Of a DNA stretch of 64,000 nt, positions 59,456-64,000 are shown piece by piece. Both the position numbers and the translations under genes were made by a program. Position 1 is the stretch's first letter; each line of letters opens with the position of its first letter. The stretch spans positions 2,184 through 66,183 of IMG/VR virus record IMGVR_UViG_3300047157_000041; one strand, 5' to 3'. A model generated the notes under the pieces. The model had not been told where the DNA came from and searched no databases. It saw only the letters and a program-made list of their open reading frames with translations. The DNA comes from a virus. Taxonomy: Duplodnaviria > Caudoviricetes.

Positions 59456-59892
59456 GATTAACTTCAAAAGATCTACGAGAAATGAATTTGTTTAAGTATT
59501 ACAGGCTTGTTAGAAAATGGGCTTGTAAAACTTATGACATAAAAGACGCAGATCTTGAATTGCTATTTTATTTAGATTGTAAAAAGCATTTTACACGTAA
59601 TGATTTTATAGAAGGTGTGTACACATACTCCTGGGATAAAGCTAGATGGGAAAGATTAAGAACTGGAGGCTGGATTGATGTATGGAGCCAAAGAAACAGA
59701 ACAACAAAAAAGTTTACTGTATATACAACATCTTTTAAATGTAAAAATTTAATTAATAGAATATATAGAATACTATTAGCAGAAGAAGATTTACCAACAT
59801 CTTCAAGAAGTAAATTTTATAAAAACAAAACATACACGGACAAAGTTTATAATAAAGCTATTGACGATATGATAAAAGACAAAAATAGATAA
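59452..59892 (+). CDS. Hypothetical protein, possible winged-helix
   Basis: 146 aa, basic, with DLELLFYL...L..GGWI resembling MarR-like wHTH. Confidence 0.45.
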   Translation: MRLTSKDLREMNLFKYYRLVRKWACKTYDIKDADLELLFYLDCKKHFTRNDFIEGVYTYSWDKARWERLRTGGWIDVWSQRNRTTKKFTVYTTSFKCKNLINRIYRILLAEEDLPTSSRSKFYKNKTYTDKVYNKAIDDMIKDKNR

Positions 59893-59908
59893 CTAATAAA
59901 TATTAAAA

Positions 59909-60460
59909 ATGGGATATTCAGGATTTAAAGGAATTGGTCCAAACAAAATTGGGGCAAGAAAAGGTGGGGCTGTGTCACCTGCAAAAATGTACGGCGGTAA
60001 AAAAGGAGATGAATCTAAAAGTAAATTAGATTACGAATCACCTGCAAAAATGTATGGTGGTAAAAAAGGTGACGAAAGCAAATCAAAAAGAGATTACGAA
60101 TCACCTGCTAAGCAAACAGCTAAGCAGAAAAAGAATTTACCAAAACAAATAGTGGATGCAATTGCTGCTAAACAAGGTAAATCGCCAGTTAAGCAAAAAG
60201 CTGGATATGTAAAACATAAAACTCTTACTGTTAAAGGAAAACCTTTAGAGTACAACCCTAAGTTTGATCCAAAAAAATTAATTACCGATCAAAGTGAGGC
60301 AAGAGATAAAAAGTCGTTGAAGAAAAAATCTCCAGCTAAAATGAATAAAGGTATGAAGTATGACATTAAAGAAGCTTCAAACCAAAAATTAAGTGCTAAA
60401 GCAAGAAAGCATTACGCAGAAAATGCACAAGCCGCTTCAAAATCTGGGTATAAAGGATAA
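59909..60460 (+). CDS. Highly basic SPxK-repeat protein
   Basis: 183 aa with five SPxK motifs and a tandem 21-aa/63-bp repeat. Confidence 0.65.
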   Translation: MGYSGFKGIGPNKIGARKGGAVSPAKMYGGKKGDESKSKLDYESPAKMYGGKKGDESKSKRDYESPAKQTAKQKKNLPKQIVDAIAAKQGKSPVKQKAGYVKHKTLTVKGKPLEYNPKFDPKKLITDQSEARDKKSLKKKSPAKMNKGMKYDIKEASNQKLSAKARKHYAENAQAASKSGYKG

Positions 60461-60813
60461 TGGCATTTAAGTTAAAACCTCATTCGGAAGTTTTTGGGAT
60501 ACACGAAAAAACATCTCAATTTGGTACTCCTGTTATTTTAAAAGATGATTTGGAAGAAGGGGTTGAAGCTGAAGCCAATAGAGACGGTACTATTTTTGTT
60601 AGTTCTAAGTTATCTGATAAAAAGATAGAAAAAGCTGTGGCTCATGAAAAAGTGCATTTAGATCAGCTAGCTACAGGTCGATTACAATACACAGAAGATT
60701 CTGTAACTTGGAAAAGAGATACAAAATCCCCAATGAAAGTGTACAAGCGATCTGAAATGAACGAAGGTCACCCTGATTTTGAGTGGGAAGACGAGGCATA
60801 TAAACAATCATAA
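60460..60813 (+). CDS. Small zincin-like metallopeptidase (HExxH)
   Basis: VAHEKVH...WEDEAY, with an MAFKL leader. Confidence 0.65.
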   Translation: MAFKLKPHSEVFGIHEKTSQFGTPVILKDDLEEGVEAEANRDGTIFVSSKLSDKKIEKAVAHEKVHLDQLATGRLQYTEDSVTWKRDTKSPMKVYKRSEMNEGHPDFEWEDEAYKQS

Positions 60814-60815
60814 TT

Positions 60816-61229
60816 ATGGCAATTACATATAGAGGACAAGCAAGTAGACTTAATAAAATTGAGTCAAAGCAAAACGCAAGTGGTTTTCAAGAAAAATCTG
60901 ATCCAGGCCCAAGACAAGGCGTTGGCGGTGAAGATGTATCTTTAAAGCAAGCTAAAGCATCTTTTCAAGAAAGACTTTCGTCACCGGGTAAAAAGAAAAA
61001 CTTTTATGGTGGTGAAGCTTATTTTCAAGACGGGTACGGTGGCGATTTAGCTAGTCCTGCTAAAATTAATCCAATAACACAAAAATCAAAATCATCGCCT
61101 TTTAAAATAAACGAGGCTTTAGTATCAGGTGCTGCATTAACAGGTAAAAAGTTTGTAGATGTAGGAGCTGAAGTAGGCAAAGCTTTTAAGGAACAAGAAG
61201 AACCTAAAGCGGCGGATCTAACAAAATAA
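60816..61229 (+). CDS. SPxK-motif protein
   Basis: 137 aa with SPGK, SPAK and SPFK. Its C-terminus resembles the N-terminus of ORF 16879. Confidence 0.6.
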   Translation: MAITYRGQASRLNKIESKQNASGFQEKSDPGPRQGVGGEDVSLKQAKASFQERLSSPGKKKNFYGGEAYFQDGYGGDLASPAKINPITQKSKSSPFKINEALVSGAALTGKKFVDVGAEVGKAFKEQEEPKAADLTK

Positions 61230-61243
61230 CATAACTAACTAAA

Positions 61244-62227
61244 ATGGGAACAAAAGGGAAAAAGAACATACCGATTACTGCAAGAGTAGAATCAGGTTTA
61301 TTTAATCAAAAGAAAGGTGTGAAAGAGCCTTTATTAAATGTGGGCCCAGCGGGTGTGCATGGCAATAATCAAACTAGAGATATACCATCGCCAAGTAAAC
61401 TAAGAGGTTACTCAATGAAAAAAAAAACTGAGTCACCGTTAAAACAGCAGTTAGCAGAAAATAAACCTATACAAGCTGTAATTACAACACAGGGTGCTGG
61501 TCAAATGATTACTGAAAAAGGTAAAGAAAAAACTAGAAATAAGAATTGGGACGATTTAAGAGCTGAAGGCTGGTCTGAAGATAGAATACAAGAGGCAAAA
61601 GATTGGAGATCTAAAAACAAAGATGCTCCTAGTGATCAGGTAGGGACAGGAGAATTTGAACCAGATACAAAGAAATTTGTACCTGGTAAAAAAGAAATTA
61701 AATTAGAAGATCTTGAAGCGGAAGGTAAAAGAGGAATTTCTCAAGGTTGGGAAGTAAATCAACAAGCAAGAAAACAAAGAAAACTAAGCGGCAATATTGA
61801 AAAAGGTCAAAAGAATATAGACAAGTATTCTGGAAGGCTTAGTGAATTGGGAACAAAGGGAAAAGATGGGACTTGGACCATGAATGAAGGTGGTAATTCT
61901 AAAAAGTTTAAGAAAAACTTAAGACGTCTTAATGAAGCAACCAGAAATAGAAAAGCTTCGCAGGATCAGTTTGATACTTATTCTAAAGGTGTTTCAAGAG
62001 GCGCTAGCGGATATAGGGGTGATACATTCAATGTAACGGAAAAAGCAACTATTTCTGATGTAGGTAATATAGACCAACAAGTCGCTTTTTTAACCGGAGG
62101 TAACGAAGGAACTAAAAGTACCAATACAACAAACCCATTAATTGAGGATGTAAAATCTACTGGAAACAAAAAATCCTCTAGATTTTTTAAGACTAAATCA
62201 CCAATGAAGAAAAACTACTTTAAATAA
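61244..62227 (+). CDS. Basic SPxK-motif protein
   Basis: 327 aa with PITARV, SPSK, SPLK and SPMK. Confidence 0.6.
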   Translation: MGTKGKKNIPITARVESGLFNQKKGVKEPLLNVGPAGVHGNNQTRDIPSPSKLRGYSMKKKTESPLKQQLAENKPIQAVITTQGAGQMITEKGKEKTRNKNWDDLRAEGWSEDRIQEAKDWRSKNKDAPSDQVGTGEFEPDTKKFVPGKKEIKLEDLEAEGKRGISQGWEVNQQARKQRKLSGNIEKGQKNIDKYSGRLSELGTKGKDGTWTMNEGGNSKKFKKNLRRLNEATRNRKASQDQFDTYSKGVSRGASGYRGDTFNVTEKATISDVGNIDQQVAFLTGGNEGTKSTNTTNPLIEDVKSTGNKKSSRFFKTKSPMKKNYFK

Positions 62228-62587
62228 TGGCATTTAAAATGAAACCTTGTTCTCCAGCTTTAATGACGACTGAGAGATACGGAAGTCCTATTAAAAAGGC
62301 AAAGTCAAAATCATACGCGCCTAAGCGTAATAAAAAATCTGGTAACTACGCTGAAGTTAAAAAAGGGTGGAGGTACTGGTAAAGACGCTGGAGGCGGAAT
62401 GACAGCCAAAGGTGTTGCTAATTACAATAAAAAAACTGGCGGTAATTTAAAAACCGCAGTAACAACCCCTCCATCAAAATTAGATCCAGATAGTAAAGCT
62501 GCAAAAAGACGTAAATCATTTTGTGCAAGATCAAGAGGCTGGACTGGCGAAAGAGGTAAAGCGGCAAGACGTAAATGGAATTGCTAA
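62227..62587 (+). CDS. Small basic protein (MAFKMK leader; KRRKSFCAR..W domain); apparent frameshift at ~62365
   Basis: MAFKMKPCSPALMTTERYGSPIKK... from 62227 joins the 62399-62587 frame if one base of AAAAAAAGGG is removed. Confidence 0.55.
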
Positions 62588-62659
62588 ATCACATAACAGG
62601 ATTATGTGGTGAGCCACATTTAAATTTACCTTTAGTTTTATTATTAATATATTTATCAA

Positions 62660-62815
62660 ATGAAATCAAAAGGATTAGGGGATACCATAGAAAAAATAAC
62701 CAAAGCAACCGGAATTAAGAAGCTAGTAGATAAACTACCTGGCGATTGCGGATGCGCAAATAGAAAAGAAATGTTAAACAAAGCATTTCCTTATAAACAA
62801 AAACCAAACAATTAA
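62660..62815 (+). CDS. Small conserved phage protein with CGC motif (51 aa, not in ORF track)
   Basis: MKSKGLGDTIEKITKATGIKKLVDKLPGDCGCANRKEMLNKAFPYKQKPNN. Confidence 0.65.
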   Translation: MKSKGLGDTIEKITKATGIKKLVDKLPGDCGCANRKEMLNKAFPYKQKPNN

Positions 62816-62826
62816 ATTAAATTATT

Positions 62827-63105
62827 ATGAGTAAATTGAAAACAGTAGACGTAGATCACAAAGAAGTAAAGTCAATTTCTGAAGAGCAATTAAAATCATT
62901 GCAAGAAACAGTAAATAAGCAAAATCAAATACAAATGCAAATTGGTGGTATTGAAGGGCATAAGGCTGGTTTAGTATCTCAGTTGCAAGAAGTGGTTAGT
63001 GAATTGCAAAAACTACAAGCTGATTTAGAGAAAGAGTATGGACCAGTTAATATTGATTTAACTACAGGGGAAATTAGTGAACAAGATGTCCCAGCAAGTA
63101 ATTAG
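62827..63105 (+). CDS. Coiled-coil protein
   Basis: 92 aa with a heptad pattern, ending LEKEYG.VNIDL.TGEI. Confidence 0.6.
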   Translation: MSKLKTVDVDHKEVKSISEEQLKSLQETVNKQNQIQMQIGGIEGHKAGLVSQLQEVVSELQKLQADLEKEYGPVNIDLTTGEISEQDVPASN

Positions 63106-63310
63106 AAAAATCAGTGTTGGAAAAGACTATAAGAATGACGCTATGCACTATGCTGTTGGACAGGAAGTGTATGGCGGTCATACTATAGCCCATATTGTAG
63201 AGGAAGAAGAAAAGTACTCTATCTACATTACAAAGAAAGATATGTTGATGCCTTGGAAAGATTTCAATAAGAACATGTCTATATCCGTGGAATATGATCT
63301 TTCATGGTAA
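63086..63310 (+). CDS. Hypothetical protein
   Basis: About 74 aa, IRKISVG.DYK..AMHY.VGQ. Confidence 0.6.
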   Translation: MSQQVIRKISVGKDYKNDAMHYAVGQEVYGGHTIAHIVEEEEKYSIYITKKDMLMPWKDFNKNMSISVEYDLSW

Positions 63311-63904
63311 ATGCACAGTGTATTTAATTATTTAGTTGAACCGAAGGGTAGTAGGTCAACTGGAAAAAAAAATATAGAAGGACAAGAACTATTATTAAAT
63401 ACAGACTTACAAAATCACGAATACGTAAATAGAATAGGTACCGTGTTAAGTTTACCACTAGTAACAGTATATAAAGAATTAAAAGAAGGTGATGATGTTA
63501 TTGTACATCATAATGTGTTCAGAAGATTCAGAGATGTTAGGGGTAAAGAGAAAGATAGTAAGAACTACTTAAGTGAAAATGTATATTTAGTTCAACCAGA
63601 TCAAGTATATGCTTATAAAAGAAATGACGAATGGAAAGCCTTAGAAGGTTTTGTATTTGTTATGCCTATAAAAGAAACAAAAATGTTTTCGGTAAATGAT
63701 GAAAAACCATTAATAGGTATTGTAAAATACTCAAATGGTGAATTTGAAAAAGAGCAATTGATAGGGTTTAGACCAAATTCAGAATATGAATTTATAATAG
63801 AAGGGCAGAGGTTATACCGAGTACCCGTCAATTCAATTACAATCAAATATGAACATCAAGGAAACGAAGAAGAATATAATCCAGGCTGGGCACAGGGCAG
63901 TTGA
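63311..63904 (+). CDS. Tandem GroES-like domain protein
   Basis: Two Cpn10-like halves: YLVEP...GTVLSLP...LKEGDDVIVHH and FVFVMP...GIVKY...EFIIEGQRLYRV. Confidence 0.55.
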   Translation: MHSVFNYLVEPKGSRSTGKKNIEGQELLLNTDLQNHEYVNRIGTVLSLPLVTVYKELKEGDDVIVHHNVFRRFRDVRGKEKDSKNYLSENVYLVQPDQVYAYKRNDEWKALEGFVFVMPIKETKMFSVNDEKPLIGIVKYSNGEFEKEQLIGFRPNSEYEFIIEGQRLYRVPVNSITIKYEHQGNEEEYNPGWAQGS

Positions 63905-64000
63905 GGAACTTATAAAAGTAGCTAAAGAAGATATTGTTGATTCAGACGATGACATATCAGCTGACAGATTAAAAAATGCCGCAGCCACTAAAAAGCTTGC
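63849..64000 (+). CDS. Probable terminase small subunit, N-terminal part (3'-truncated by the window)
   Basis: MNIKETKKNIIQAGHRAVEELIKVAKEDIVDSDDDISADRLKNAAATKKLA is open to the window end. It is helical and positioned where TerS would precede the TerL seen at nt 1. Confidence 0.45.
   Translation, partial: MNIKETKKNIIQAGHRAVEELIKVAKEDIVDSDDDISADRLKNAAATKKL

Noticed and set aside
62355..62400. A7-G3 run as a programmed -1 frameshift
   Set aside because: It resembles a slippery site, but restoring the protein needs removal of one base, and homopolymer errors are evident elsewhere.
1350..63846. Numerous short antisense or overlapping ORFs in the track (e.g. 9769-10257, 28141-28608, 33147-33632)
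   Set aside because: They are shadows of well-supported genes on the opposite strand or in another frame, with no recognisable motifs.
1..64000. Stop-codon reassignment as in some crAss-like phages
   Set aside because: Long genes are intact in code 11, TAA, TAG and TGA all terminate genes, and no suppressor tRNA was seen.

Overview
AT-rich, gene-dense window covering nearly all of a tailed dsDNA phage genome. It begins in the 3' end of a probable terminase large subunit and ends in a probable terminase small subunit, so it is probably circularly permuted with only a few kb missing. Gene content, order and A-rich starts without Shine-Dalgarno sites suggest a podovirus of Bacteroidota (marine Flavobacteriia type, broadly Cellulophaga phi38:1-like or distantly crAss-like; this is inference). 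Three blocks are visible. (1) + strand 1-27.6 kb: portal, scaffold, major capsid, tail rings and nozzle, ejection proteins including a ~2,660-aa giant protein, and lysis genes. (2) - strand 27.7-44.4 kb: NrdAB, endonuclease, MazG fusion, ThyA, primase-helicase, ERF and exonuclease, a sigma factor, DNA ligase, many small early genes and an ncRNA cluster. (3) + strand 44.9-64 kb: holin, modular tail fibres, GroEL/GroES and small basic proteins. Main observations: an 8-copy tripartite early promoter motif, paired with a sigma region-2-like segment inside the giant virion protein, plus a second promoter class and a stand-alone phage sigma; a four-RNA ncRNA cassette with a 177-nt alanine-identity tmRNA-like RNA, plus a separate 41-nt mini-tRNA; GC-rich, DNA-conserved junctions between tail-fibre modules; a family of SPxK-motif basic proteins with an HExxH protease; and a twice-occurring inverted site linking an HTH gene to the likely origin or terminus region. 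Several frameshifts look like sequencing errors. All calls were made by eye, without database searches.
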